Shown here in pieces: positions 1 to 8,992 of a stretch of 64,000 nt of DNA; within the stretch, counting starts at the first letter, position 1; each line of letters opens with the position of its first letter. The notes under the pieces were generated by a model. It made no database searches and was not told where the DNA came from. It was given only the letters and a program-made list of their open reading frames with translations. The DNA is taken from the NCBI GenBank assembly GCA_965224745.1, contig CBDCZY010000004.1:29851-93850 (forward strand), given 5' to 3'. A program made the translations under genes and the position numbers. Origin of the DNA: Methylococcales bacterium (GTDB lineage Bacteria; Pseudomonadota; Gammaproteobacteria; Methylococcales; Methylomonadaceae).

Positions 1-285
1 ACAGCAAAGAGTTGTTATGCCGCTTTGAAATGCCGCTTTGACCTCACTGGCTATACTTGCCTTATGAGTCTCTCCTGGCTCTCTAAGCCGGGCGCATAAG
101 TCTATAAAGCCTGGGCAAACAATAAGTTCAGCCGCGTCTATTACCTTATCTGCAGTGAAATCAGGAGCAGGTGAGGACACAGACATGATTTTCCCCTCCG
201 CGACCAAAACATCACCAATCCGGTTGATATGATTGACCGGATCAATCACTGTACCGCCTTTGATGACGATCTTCTCTTGATTCAT
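1..285 (-). CDS. pyrC: dihydroorotase-like protein PyrC' (probably the non-catalytic ATCase partner); only the 5' part is present, the gene continues beyond the window start
   Basis: My own translation from the ATG at 285 gives [19 protein letters not shown]...[22 protein letters not shown], a DHOase/amidohydrolase N-terminus. The start overlaps the pyrB stop (ATGA). The metal-binding D-x-H-x-H motif reads D-L-C-A-R (88..102). Synteny is pyrR-pyrB-pyrC'. Confidence 0.8.
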   Translation of the reverse strand, partial: MNQEKIVIKGGTVIDPVNHINRIGDVLVAEGKIMSVSSPAPDFTADKVIDAAELIVCPGFIDLCARLREPGETHKASIASEVKAAFQSGITTLCC

Positions 286-1283
286 GAAGTGGAATGTTCG
301 GGCTGTATGACCATGGACATTATCGCCATCCTTATCGCAATACCATGAGTTACTTGTTGCAAAATCACCGATTGAGGCCCATCTGCCACATTCGAAGCAA
401 TTTCCACGCCCCTGTTGATAGGGCCAGGATGCATTACCATCGCATCAGGTTTGGCGTACCGTAGTCTTTCTTTAGTTAAACCATAGTAATGATAAAACTC
501 TTTTTCGCTGGGCAAGAAAGCGCCAGTCATCCGTTCTTTCTGTAATCTCAGCATAATTATTACATCGATATCTCTTAGACCATCGACTAACGAATGAGCC
601 ACCGAAACACCCAATTGATCAACATGTGAAGGTAACAAGGTATGCGGTGCGACTACTCTTACTTCTTTGACGCCAAGTGTTGTTAAAGCATTGATCTGGG
701 AACGGGCAACCCGTGAATGACGGATATCTCCTATGATTGCAATGGATAGATTGTGCAAGTCGGGCTTATGCCGGCGGATGGTAAATATGTCCAGCATTGC
801 TTGAGTAGGGTGGGCGTGTTGACCATCGCCAGCATTGATAACGCTGATATGGGGAGCTGCGTGTTGGGCAATAAAGTGAGCTGCGCCACTCACAGCATGC
901 CTTACGATAAACATATCAACATGCATAGCTTCCAGATTACGAATGGTATCCAGTAAACTTTCGCCTTTGGAAGCGGCCGATGTTTCGATGTTGATGTTTA
1001 GAGTGTCGGCAGAAAGCCGTTTTGCCGCCAGTTCGAAAGTTGTTCGGGTACGGGTGCTGTTTTCGAAAAACAGATTAACGATTGTTTTGCCACGCAGCAG
1101 AGGGAATTTTTTTACCTGTTGTTCTGCTATGCTGGCAAATGATTCTGCCACATCTAAAATTTCTGTTAATAACTCAGCACTAAGACCTTCGATAGTCAAA
1201 AAATGTTTTAACTTACCCGCCGTGGTTAGCTGCGAATTAGAGGAAGTGGATCCTGTTGAGTCTTTAAGCGGCTTTGGTATCAA
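282..1283 (-). CDS. pyrB: aspartate carbamoyltransferase catalytic chain
   Basis: 333-aa ORF with the motifs [24 protein letters not shown] and HPGPINRG. It lies between pyrR and pyrC'. Confidence 0.93.
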   Translation of the reverse strand: MIPKPLKDSTGSTSSNSQLTTAGKLKHFLTIEGLSAELLTEILDVAESFASIAEQQVKKFPLLRGKTIVNLFFENSTRTRTTFELAAKRLSADTLNINIETSAASKGESLLDTIRNLEAMHVDMFIVRHAVSGAAHFIAQHAAPHISVINAGDGQHAHPTQAMLDIFTIRRHKPDLHNLSIAIIGDIRHSRVARSQINALTTLGVKEVRVVAPHTLLPSHVDQLGVSVAHSLVDGLRDIDVIIMLRLQKERMTGAFLPSEKEFYHYYGLTKERLRYAKPDAMVMHPGPINRGVEIASNVADGPQSVILQQVTHGIAIRMAIMSMVIQPEHSTS

Positions 1284-1785
1284 ATGCTTTAATACTGATT
1301 TGAAGTGGGTCAGGTCCGGTTAATTTTATACGATTTCCAGGCTGTAGGGTGATTTTCTCACCGACACAATCAGGTTGGAGCGGTATTTGACGGCCATTCC
1401 GCTCAATCAGCGTTCCTAAAATAATTTGATTGGGGCGACCAAAGTCGAAAATTTCGTTCAATGCGGCTCGAATGGTTCGGCCAGTATAAAAAACATCATC
1501 AATCAGAATGATATCACTACCCGCTAATGCTTTCGGTAACCGACTTGGTTTTACTTTTGGGTTCATACCTATTTGCGAAAAATCGTCACGATAGAAAGAA
1601 ATATCGAGAAGACCAATCGGTTCATCAATCTTAAGACGTTTTCGCATTTCTTCAGCGATCCAGACACCCCCTGTTCGAATACCGATGATAATTGGGTTAT
1701 TTAATTTTCTTTTGGTAATTTCTGTATTGAGCTGGGTATATAGGTTATTGAGTAATGTCGGTATATTCAAATTATTTTCTTTCAT
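1264..1785 (-). CDS. pyrR: bifunctional pyrimidine operon regulator / uracil phosphoribosyltransferase PyrR
   Basis: 173-aa ORF with the PRPP-binding loop [13 protein letters not shown]. It sits directly upstream of pyrB. Confidence 0.9.
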   Translation of the reverse strand: MKENNLNIPTLLNNLYTQLNTEITKRKLNNPIIIGIRTGGVWIAEEMRKRLKIDEPIGLLDISFYRDDFSQIGMNPKVKPSRLPKALAGSDIILIDDVFYTGRTIRAALNEIFDFGRPNQIILGTLIERNGRQIPLQPDCVGEKITLQPGNRIKLTGPDPLQISIKAFDTKAA

Positions 1786-2230
1786 GATTTTTTAGAGCAT
1801 GGTGATTGAGCCAAGTTTGTAATATTAATTGGGCAGCCAACTGATCTTGAATGGCCCACAGTTTGGTTGCGCTGGTTTTTAAATCGTCAAAGAGTATTTG
1901 TTTGGCTTCGAAAGTGGTCAGAGTTTCATCTATTTGATAAGCCGGCAGGTGAAAGCGACCTTCCAATTGTCGACAAAATTTAACCATGAGAGGGGTTACT
2001 GGATTATCGCTGCCATCCTGCTGTTTGGAAATACCTATTATCAAACCATATGGTTGCCATAGGTTAATGATCTGACCTATTTTTTCCCAATTTGGTCGGT
2101 CATTGAGTGATTTTATCGTTACTAATGGGCTACTCGTTTGGGTTTCGCTATGGCCGACTGCAACGCCAATTTTTTTGGTGCCGAAGTCAAAACCTAAATA
2201 GGTATCGTTAGTCGTTTGGGTTGGTTGCAC
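1772..2230 (-). CDS. ruvX: Holliday junction resolvase-like protein RuvX (YqgF)
   Basis: 152-aa ORF with the N-terminal YLGFDFGTKKIGVAVG motif. The yqgE-yqgF pairing is conserved. Confidence 0.88.
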   Translation of the reverse strand: MQPTQTTNDTYLGFDFGTKKIGVAVGHSETQTSSPLVTIKSLNDRPNWEKIGQIINLWQPYGLIIGISKQQDGSDNPVTPLMVKFCRQLEGRFHLPAYQIDETLTTFEAKQILFDDLKTSATKLWAIQDQLAAQLILQTWLNHHALKNHERK

Positions 2231-2269
2231 AACGGTTTTTATTGAGGATGAAAAGGTTTTAGACTTAAA

Positions 2270-2833
2270 TTAGCCGTGACCGGCCTGACCTGTCATCAAG
2301 TTAATATCAACGCCAATTTGATTGGCTGCCGAGGACCATCGAGTGCCTACGGGTGTATCAAATAAGATTGATTCTAGTGCTGATGTAGTCAACCAAACAT
2401 TGTCAATCATCTCCTTTTCAAGCTGGTTTTGACCCCAGCCGGCATAACCTAATGCGACCAGCACTTTATCCGGTCCTTCCCCGATCGCTATGGCTTCAAG
2501 GATATCGCGCGAGGTTGTGAGTGAAATGTCATCGGATACTTTGATCGTAGAATCCCATTGTTTACTTGCAGTATGAACAATAAAACCTCTTTCTTGTTGA
2601 ATGGGGCCACCAAAAAAAACAGGGATATTATCGAGTTTTGTATCAGTCGATTTAATATCCATTTGGCGAAAAATTTCGACAAGTTTCAAGTCAGTAGGAC
2701 GATTAATCACAATACCCAAGCCGCCTTCGCTGTTATGTTGACAAAGGTAGGTGACCGTTTTAGAAAAGTTAGGATCTCCCAAATTTGGCATAGCAATTAA
2801 AAATTGATTAGCTAAAAAATTAGAATCTGTCAT
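2270..2833 (-). CDS. yqgE: YqgE/AlgH family (UPF0301) protein
   Basis: 187-aa ORF containing FLIAMPNLGDPNFSKTVTYLCQHNSEGGLGIVINRP. It is placed upstream of ruvX, as in many gammaproteobacteria. Confidence 0.88.
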   Translation of the reverse strand: MTDSNFLANQFLIAMPNLGDPNFSKTVTYLCQHNSEGGLGIVINRPTDLKLVEIFRQMDIKSTDTKLDNIPVFFGGPIQQERGFIVHTASKQWDSTIKVSDDISLTTSRDILEAIAIGEGPDKVLVALGYAGWGQNQLEKEMIDNVWLTTSALESILFDTPVGTRWSSAANQIGVDINLMTGQAGHG

Positions 2834-2865
2834 TGCAATAATTACTCTTTACTTTGTATAACCTG

Positions 2866-3738
2866 CTAATTTGAAGTCAGACCACTTTTTTTAGAAAAAA
2901 TCCAGACACGATCAAGAATTAAAATATCCAATTCCTCCAACAGTTTCATGGGGATAGGAGGAAAAGGTGCAGCCAGACGAACAATTCGAACAGCAGCATC
3001 ATCTAATCCTTTATTGCCTGATGATTTGCTAAGTTCAATAGTATAGATTGACCCATCTGGGTTGATTCCTACTCGGATACGTGGACCTTTCTTGTCAGTA
3101 AGGTTGGCGTGTAAAGCAATGTCAGGAAAATTAAGGGTTCCTAACCGCTCAATCTTACGATTACATTCCTCTATATATGAAGAGGCAAGATAACGTTGTG
3201 CGCTCACCTGATCAATTGATTTCATGCGACTTTGTTCAGAGCCCTGTTTGCGTTGCCTGACTTTTAGTCCTAATTGGGCAACCTGCTGCGCTAGCATTTC
3301 CCGCGATACTGAGGCCACATCCTTTTGTGTAATTGCTGTAGCAGCTTTGCCAACATTAACTCTAACTTTTGCGTTTTGTTGGGTAAGCGTTTTATTCGCT
3401 TGATTATTGGTTTTCTGGAAATCTTTTTGTTGCTGCTGTGCAGTAGAGTGTGATTGGTTTGGTAGTATCGTAGTTGCTTCTTGGGCTTTTTTCTTAACTA
3501 TTCCGCCACCGATCTGATTTTGCTGTGCTAGAAAGCTTGCATCTGTTGGCTTTTGTTCAGACGGCATAGTGACTAGTGTTATATCGAGTAGCTTGTTGAT
3601 TTTTTGGGGCTGCGGAAAAGAGAAACTAATACCCATGATGACAACAACATGGAAAATTAGCGCTAAAAATGCAGCTACTAATAAACGGTCAGAAGCGGAT
3701 TTAATTTCCGAATGTTCTGCTATCTGTGGAGTATTCAA
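2866..3738 (-). CDS. TonB-family energy transducer-like protein
   Basis: 290 aa with an N-terminal TM segment (LLVAAFLALIFHVVVIMGI), a Q/K-rich linker and a TonB-type C-terminal domain (GSIYTIELSKSSGNKGLDDAAVRIVRLAAPFPPIP). It occupies the position of tonB3, between gshB and algH, in Pseudomonas. Confidence 0.7.
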   Translation of the reverse strand: MNTPQIAEHSEIKSASDRLLVAAFLALIFHVVVIMGISFSFPQPQKINKLLDITLVTMPSEQKPTDASFLAQQNQIGGGIVKKKAQEATTILPNQSHSTAQQQQKDFQKTNNQANKTLTQQNAKVRVNVGKAATAITQKDVASVSREMLAQQVAQLGLKVRQRKQGSEQSRMKSIDQVSAQRYLASSYIEECNRKIERLGTLNFPDIALHANLTDKKGPRIRVGINPDGSIYTIELSKSSGNKGLDDAAVRIVRLAAPFPPIPMKLLEELDILILDRVWIFSKKSGLTSN

Positions 3739-3747
3739 AGCGTTGAC

Positions 3748-4695
3748 CTAAATTTGTTCTTCAATACAATCTATAAGTTTAGCACTGATATTGATATTAA
3801 AATATTTATCAAGTTCCTGAACACAGGTTGGGCTTGTGACATTAATTTCTGTCAAGTAGTCACCAATGATATCCAGCCCTACAAATAATAGACCTTTTGC
3901 GCGTAATGTAGGGCCTACATGATTAGCAATCCACAAATCTCTTGCGGTTAATTCTCTGCCTTCAGCGATCCCGCCGGCCGCTAAATTGCCACGACTTTCT
4001 CCCTGCGTTGGAATTCTGGCAAGTGCATAAGGTATCGGTTCGCCGTTAATCACCAAGACGCGTTTGTCACCTTGCTTAATTTCCGGCAAGTATTTTTGTA
4101 TCATAGTGAATTTTTTGTTATAGGCAGTCATGGTTTCAAGAATAACATTGGTATTAGGGTCGCCTTTTGTTATGCGGAAAATAGATGAGCCTCCCATCCC
4201 GTCTAAAGGCTTTACAATAATATCCTCATGTTCTTGCAGGAATCGCAAAATTTGTTGGCTGTTGCGAGTGACCAGCGTGGGTGTGCAGCATTCTGGAAAC
4301 CAAGCGGTGAATAGCTTTTCGTTCGCATCGCGCAGGGCTTGCGGTTTGTTAACGACCAATGTCCCTTGGTTTTCGGCCTGTTCCAGAATATAGGTCGCGT
4401 AAATATATTCAAGGTTGAATGGAGGGTCTTTACGCATCAGAATGGCGTCTAAAAAATCTAGAGGAGTATCGACTTCATCGCCAAATTGGTACCAGTTTGA
4501 GGCATCCCGTTGCACACTAATGGGTCGTAAACGGCCATTTGCCTTGCTGTCGGATAGATATAGATCCTCAAGTTCCATGTAGAACAAGTCCCAGTGTCTG
4601 GATTGTGCTTCTATCATTAAAGCAAAAGTTGTATCTTTGTCAATGTTAATGTTTGAAACTGGATCCATAACGATCCCAAGCCTAACTTTTTTCAC
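3748..4695 (-). CDS. gshB: glutathione synthetase
   Basis: 315-aa ATP-grasp protein with KPLDGMGGSSIFR and GESRGNLAAGG motifs, typical of prokaryotic GshB. Confidence 0.92.
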   Translation of the reverse strand: MKKVRLGIVMDPVSNINIDKDTTFALMIEAQSRHWDLFYMELEDLYLSDSKANGRLRPISVQRDASNWYQFGDEVDTPLDFLDAILMRKDPPFNLEYIYATYILEQAENQGTLVVNKPQALRDANEKLFTAWFPECCTPTLVTRNSQQILRFLQEHEDIIVKPLDGMGGSSIFRITKGDPNTNVILETMTAYNKKFTMIQKYLPEIKQGDKRVLVINGEPIPYALARIPTQGESRGNLAAGGIAEGRELTARDLWIANHVGPTLRAKGLLFVGLDIIGDYLTEINVTSPTCVQELDKYFNINISAKLIDCIEEQI

Positions 4696-4826
4696 TTAAA
4701 CCTCGAATAGTGAAGTAAATTGGGTAGTTTATCAAAAAACGTTGGTTCTATTGTTTACTACGATAATATATTTTGGTATAAAGGACGGCTATCTATCATC
4801 TACTATATTATTTGTAGGAAATTTAC

Positions 4827-5063
4827 ATGTCAAAAATATGCCAAGTGACCGGGAAACGTCCCGTATCAGGAAATAACGTTTCGCATGCTCACAATAAGAC
4901 CAAAAGAAGGTTTTTACCTAATTTGCATTACCATCGGTTTTGGGTCGAAAGCGAAAAAAGATGGGTAAGATTAAGACTGACTTGCAAAGGGATGAGAATA
5001 ATCGATAAGCTTGGAATAGAAGCCGTGTTGGCTGATATACGTAAACGTGGTGAAAAAATATAG
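4827..5063 (+). CDS. rpmB: 50S ribosomal protein L28
   Basis: 78 aa, beginning [33 protein letters not shown]. Confidence 0.95.
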   Translation: MSKICQVTGKRPVSGNNVSHAHNKTKRRFLPNLHYHRFWVESEKRWVRLRLTCKGMRIIDKLGIEAVLADIRKRGEKI

Positions 5064-5080
5064 AGTTAGGAGTACATGAA

Positions 5081-5236
5081 ATGAGTGACAAGATTAAATT
5101 AGTTTCAACCGCCAAAACAGGTCATTTTTATACAACGACCAAAAATAAGCGAACAATGCCAGAAAAAATGGAAATAAAAAAGTATGACCCTGTCATTCGA
5201 AAACATGTGATGTATAAAGAATCAAAAATAAAATAA
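5081..5236 (+). CDS. rpmG: 50S ribosomal protein L33
   Basis: This gene is below the ORF-track size cutoff. My own translation is [51 protein letters not shown] (51 aa). It starts 18 nt after rpmB, and rpmB-rpmG is a conserved operon. Confidence 0.92.
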   Translation: MSDKIKLVSTAKTGHFYTTTKNKRTMPEKMEIKKYDPVIRKHVMYKESKIK

Positions 5237-5388
5237 CGACGATTATTATCGTCTGTATTCATAAGCAGTTGGTCGTGATAGAAACTACCAAGCCTGTATA
5301 GAAGATTTGTCGCAAAATAAATCAATACCGTACTGGGTATAGTGTGACTTTCGAGTAAGTAAGAAAAATTAAAGAATAAAGCTGTTTT

Positions 5389-8300
5389 TTATTCTGATAC
5401 GCTGACGCTTTCCTTACTGAGAAATGCTTCAAACTGTTTAGCTGTCAATGGTTTACTAAAATAATACCCTTGAAAAAGTTGACAGTCTTTTTGCAATAAG
5501 AACTGTTTTTGAGCTTCTGTTTCAACGCCTTCTGCAATGACATTGAGCCCTAGATGCTTGGCCATTGCTACGATAGTTTCAACAATTACCGCGCTATTTG
5601 GGTCTTTATCAATGTCGTGTACAAAGCTTTGATCTATTTTAAGTTGATTAAGCGGCAGTTTTTTGAGATAGCTCAGAGAGGAATAGCCGGTACCGAAGTC
5701 ATCGATTGCAATTTTAACGCCCAATTTTTTAAGTGATTTCATTTTCTCGATAGTGTCTTCGAGATTGCTGATAAGAACGCTTTCCGTGATCTCTATGGCT
5801 AGTTGTCTTGGGTTTATTTTATGCTTATGTATCGCTTTCTTGGTTTTCTCCACAAAGTCTCGTTCATGGAACTGCCTCGGGCTCACGTTAACGGCCAGAT
5901 GGATTAGTTTTATGCCGTTGTTATTCCAGCGATTTAGTTGGCGACAAGCTTCATTAATAATCCAGGCGCCCAATGGCAGGATTAACCCACTTTCTTCGGC
6001 GATGGCAATATAGTTAGCTAAAGAAAGAGCTTCGTTGTCACTATTTACCCACCGTAGTAGCGCTTCTGCACTGTTACACTGACCTTCTGCAGTGATTTGT
6101 GGTTGGTAAGAAAGTGTTAAATTTCCTTGGGTAATGGCCTCTCTTAACTCTTCTTCAATTCTAAGTCTGGTATTAACTTTTTCTTGCATTTCCGGTTTGA
6201 AAAAGCAAATGCTGTTTCTGCCGTCTGATTTGGCTTGATACATTGCCGTATCTGCTTGCTTTAAAATTTCATTAGGCGAAGCATTATTCTCGGGGAAAAC
6301 GGTAATTCCTATGCTGGGAGTAATATGATGCTGGTGACCAACTAAATCAAAAGGCGTCCTTAAGGTTGATAGGATTTTTTCTGCTACGGTAAATGCGTGT
6401 TCTAAGGACTCTTCAACTGAGAAACTTCTGCCTGGTAACATCACTACAAACTCATCACCTCCGAGCCTTGCCGCGGTATCTTCTTGACGAATACATTGAA
6501 TTATTCTGCGCGCGACACGTATCAGCAATTCATCGCCAATGTGATGTCCCAAAGCATCGTTAAGTAACTTGAAGTGGTCTAAATCAAGAAACAATAAGAC
6601 GCCAAAGAGTTGGTTACGCTGCGCAGCTGCCAACTCTTTTTTCAAGCGATTTAATAAAAGCCTGCGGTTAGGTAACTTGGTAAGTGAATCATAGAAAGCC
6701 AGGTGGCGTATTTTTGATTCATATTTTTTTTGTTTGGTGATATCAGAAAAAAAAGAAAGATAATGGGAAATTTCTTTATATTCATCTTCAATTGCCGTTA
6801 CGGTAATTCGTTGTGGATAAGGATTACCGTTTTTGCGCCTGCCCCATATGACGCCATCAAAACGATTGGTTTCCAACAACTTTTTCCTCATTTTTCGATA
6901 GTATTTGAAACTTTTTTGTTCTGGAATTAAGAAACTGTGGGTCTTGCCAAGAACTTCTTCTGGCTGGTATCCGGTTATTTCAGTAAAAGCTTTATTGACC
7001 TTGACAATTCTGGCTTTTTTGTCGGTGATCATGATCGCTTCATGTGTTTCAAAAGATTTTGCAGCTAAACGAATTTCTGCTTCCATTTTTTTTCGTTCAG
7101 TGATGTCGACGATGGTCCCCATCATTTTCTGCTTTTGGCCAGCTTCGTCATACATAATCTCGCCTTGGCTCAATAGATACCGGATCTCTTTAGAGGGCCT
7201 GATAATACGAAATTCGGCGCCGAAAGGCGTGCTATTAGCTATGGATTGGTTGAGTGTTTCTTCTATCAGGCTGAGATCTTTTGGGTGAATAATGAGTTTA
7301 ATGAAATCTAAATGGAGTTTTACTGAGTCAGGTTGAATATCGCAAAAACGATAAGCTTCGTCAGACCACCAGAAGATATTAGTCGCAAAATCCCAACGCC
7401 AAGTGGCAATATGCGCGATTGATTGTGCTTCTGATAACCGTGCTTTTTTTTCAATAAGCGCGTTCTCTGTTAATTTATGAGCTTTAATTTCTTGTTCTAG
7501 TTTTTGGTTGGTCTGAGTCAGTTCACGTGAATTTTTAACAACACGGTCCTGTAACTTATAGTGAGCATGCTTTAGTTCACTTTGAGCATCCAACATATGA
7601 GCAGTGTGTTGGTTAAACCAATAGGTTAAGGCTGCGAGCTCGCCTAGATCCGAGGTTTTTAATAAAGGCTTTTCGGTAGAATTGGTGGTTATTTTTTCTA
7701 TTTGCTTACCCAGTTCGCGTATCGGTCTAGTCAGTGATGTTCTCAGTAAATTAATGATCAAAACGGACATCAATATAACGCCACCAAGGATTTTTAGAAG
7801 ATCAGAGTTATTGGTGAGTAAAAAGCTTAGTTTAGAATTGGGTCGAGGAATAACCGTAACAACACGCCATGGTGCTTGTGGTAAAGAGATTATGGAAGCT
7901 AAAGCTGTTTGTTGAAATAATAAATCATTTTCTAATAAAGCATGAACTTCTTTTTTAAACTGACTACTCAGTTGGACAGGCTGAGTTTCAGATATTTCAT
8001 TTGATTCTTGTTGATCTGATTGACCAAATTTCTTGGTAACTTGGTTTTCACCGGTGGTTTTGGGTTTTTTAATTCGTTTCTCAGCGGTTTTGGAACTGGG
8101 GTTGTTCTTAATAAAATTGGCAAGTCCTATGAAACTAGGGTTGGCACGGGAAAGTTGTTCAATTTCGCTGATTTTAAGGTTGTTATGTGGCAAGAGATTT
8201 GGTTCACCTAGTTTTGGGTGATGCAGAAATGCATCATCGTAATTCACAATAAAGCTATATTGATTGTTAGCTTGAAGGGATGGCAACGATGATACGAATG

Positions 8301-8925
8301 CACGTAAATCAAGGTCTAAGGTGATGACACCTTGAAATTTATTCTGTGAATAAAGAGGAAAACTGGCTGTGACTAAACGAGCTTTGGAAACGGGGTCAAG
8401 ATAAAGCTTGCCCCAGTGAACATCTTGATCAGGTGCTTTTTTTGCAAATGAATACCATGATTCTTTTTGATAATGAGTATCACTTATTTCATAAAATCGT
8501 ACTCCGCCCTGGGGTTTCCGGGCCCAAAAAAAGCCAGTCATTCCTGGGTTCTTTCCTTCTGAGCGATGTTGTTCTGGCCAGACTCCACCGCCATGTATGA
8601 AGGTATCCTTGCTAAAGCTATTGAACAAATCTATGAGTCGTTGCTTAAAAAGCTGGGGGTCTGTTGCATTAGAGTTTGCAAGCCCGGCTATAGTTTTGCC
8701 TATAATTATGGTGGTGTTAATTTTGTGAAGAATTAAATTGGCTGATTGTTGCCCCACTTTTTTGCATTGGTGAAGAGACTCTTCTTCCAAGAGCTGATTT
8801 CCGGTCGTATTTAATATGACAGCAGTAGTGGTTATAAACAGCAGTAAAACAACCACAAACAGAACGGTTATTCTGTGAGAAAGGCTGTTATACCAGCGTA
8901 CTGGAAATAAGTCGGATTGAATCAT
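5389..8925 (-). CDS. membrane sensor with diguanylate cyclase / phosphodiesterase domains (Cache-like periplasmic domain, HAMP, 2x PAS, GGDEF, EAL)
   Basis: 1178 aa. It has two TM segments flanking a roughly 330-aa periplasmic region, a coiled coil, and PAS-like repeats. The GGDEF motif is RLGGDEFVVML. EAL-domain motifs are AEALLRW, EITES and DDFGTGYSS. Confidence 0.85.
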   Translation of the reverse strand: MIQSDLFPVRWYNSLSHRITVLFVVVLLLFITTTAVILNTTGNQLLEEESLHQCKKVGQQSANLILHKINTTIIIGKTIAGLANSNATDPQLFKQRLIDLFNSFSKDTFIHGGGVWPEQHRSEGKNPGMTGFFWARKPQGGVRFYEISDTHYQKESWYSFAKKAPDQDVHWGKLYLDPVSKARLVTASFPLYSQNKFQGVITLDLDLRAFVSSLPSLQANNQYSFIVNYDDAFLHHPKLGEPNLLPHNNLKISEIEQLSRANPSFIGLANFIKNNPSSKTAEKRIKKPKTTGENQVTKKFGQSDQQESNEISETQPVQLSSQFKKEVHALLENDLLFQQTALASIISLPQAPWRVVTVIPRPNSKLSFLLTNNSDLLKILGGVILMSVLIINLLRTSLTRPIRELGKQIEKITTNSTEKPLLKTSDLGELAALTYWFNQHTAHMLDAQSELKHAHYKLQDRVVKNSRELTQTNQKLEQEIKAHKLTENALIEKKARLSEAQSIAHIATWRWDFATNIFWWSDEAYRFCDIQPDSVKLHLDFIKLIIHPKDLSLIEETLNQSIANSTPFGAEFRIIRPSKEIRYLLSQGEIMYDEAGQKQKMMGTIVDITERKKMEAEIRLAAKSFETHEAIMITDKKARIVKVNKAFTEITGYQPEEVLGKTHSFLIPEQKSFKYYRKMRKKLLETNRFDGVIWGRRKNGNPYPQRITVTAIEDEYKEISHYLSFFSDITKQKKYESKIRHLAFYDSLTKLPNRRLLLNRLKKELAAAQRNQLFGVLLFLDLDHFKLLNDALGHHIGDELLIRVARRIIQCIRQEDTAARLGGDEFVVMLPGRSFSVEESLEHAFTVAEKILSTLRTPFDLVGHQHHITPSIGITVFPENNASPNEILKQADTAMYQAKSDGRNSICFFKPEMQEKVNTRLRIEEELREAITQGNLTLSYQPQITAEGQCNSAEALLRWVNSDNEALSLANYIAIAEESGLILPLGAWIINEACRQLNRWNNNGIKLIHLAVNVSPRQFHERDFVEKTKKAIHKHKINPRQLAIEITESVLISNLEDTIEKMKSLKKLGVKIAIDDFGTGYSSLSYLKKLPLNQLKIDQSFVHDIDKDPNSAVIVETIVAMAKHLGLNVIAEGVETEAQKQFLLQKDCQLFQGYYFSKPLTAKQFEAFLSKESVSVSE

Positions 8926-8992
8926 TGGATATCCGGCATGGCAAAAAGCCTAAGGTCAATGGGCGTTGGCATAACGTGGCAGCTATTCTTTT

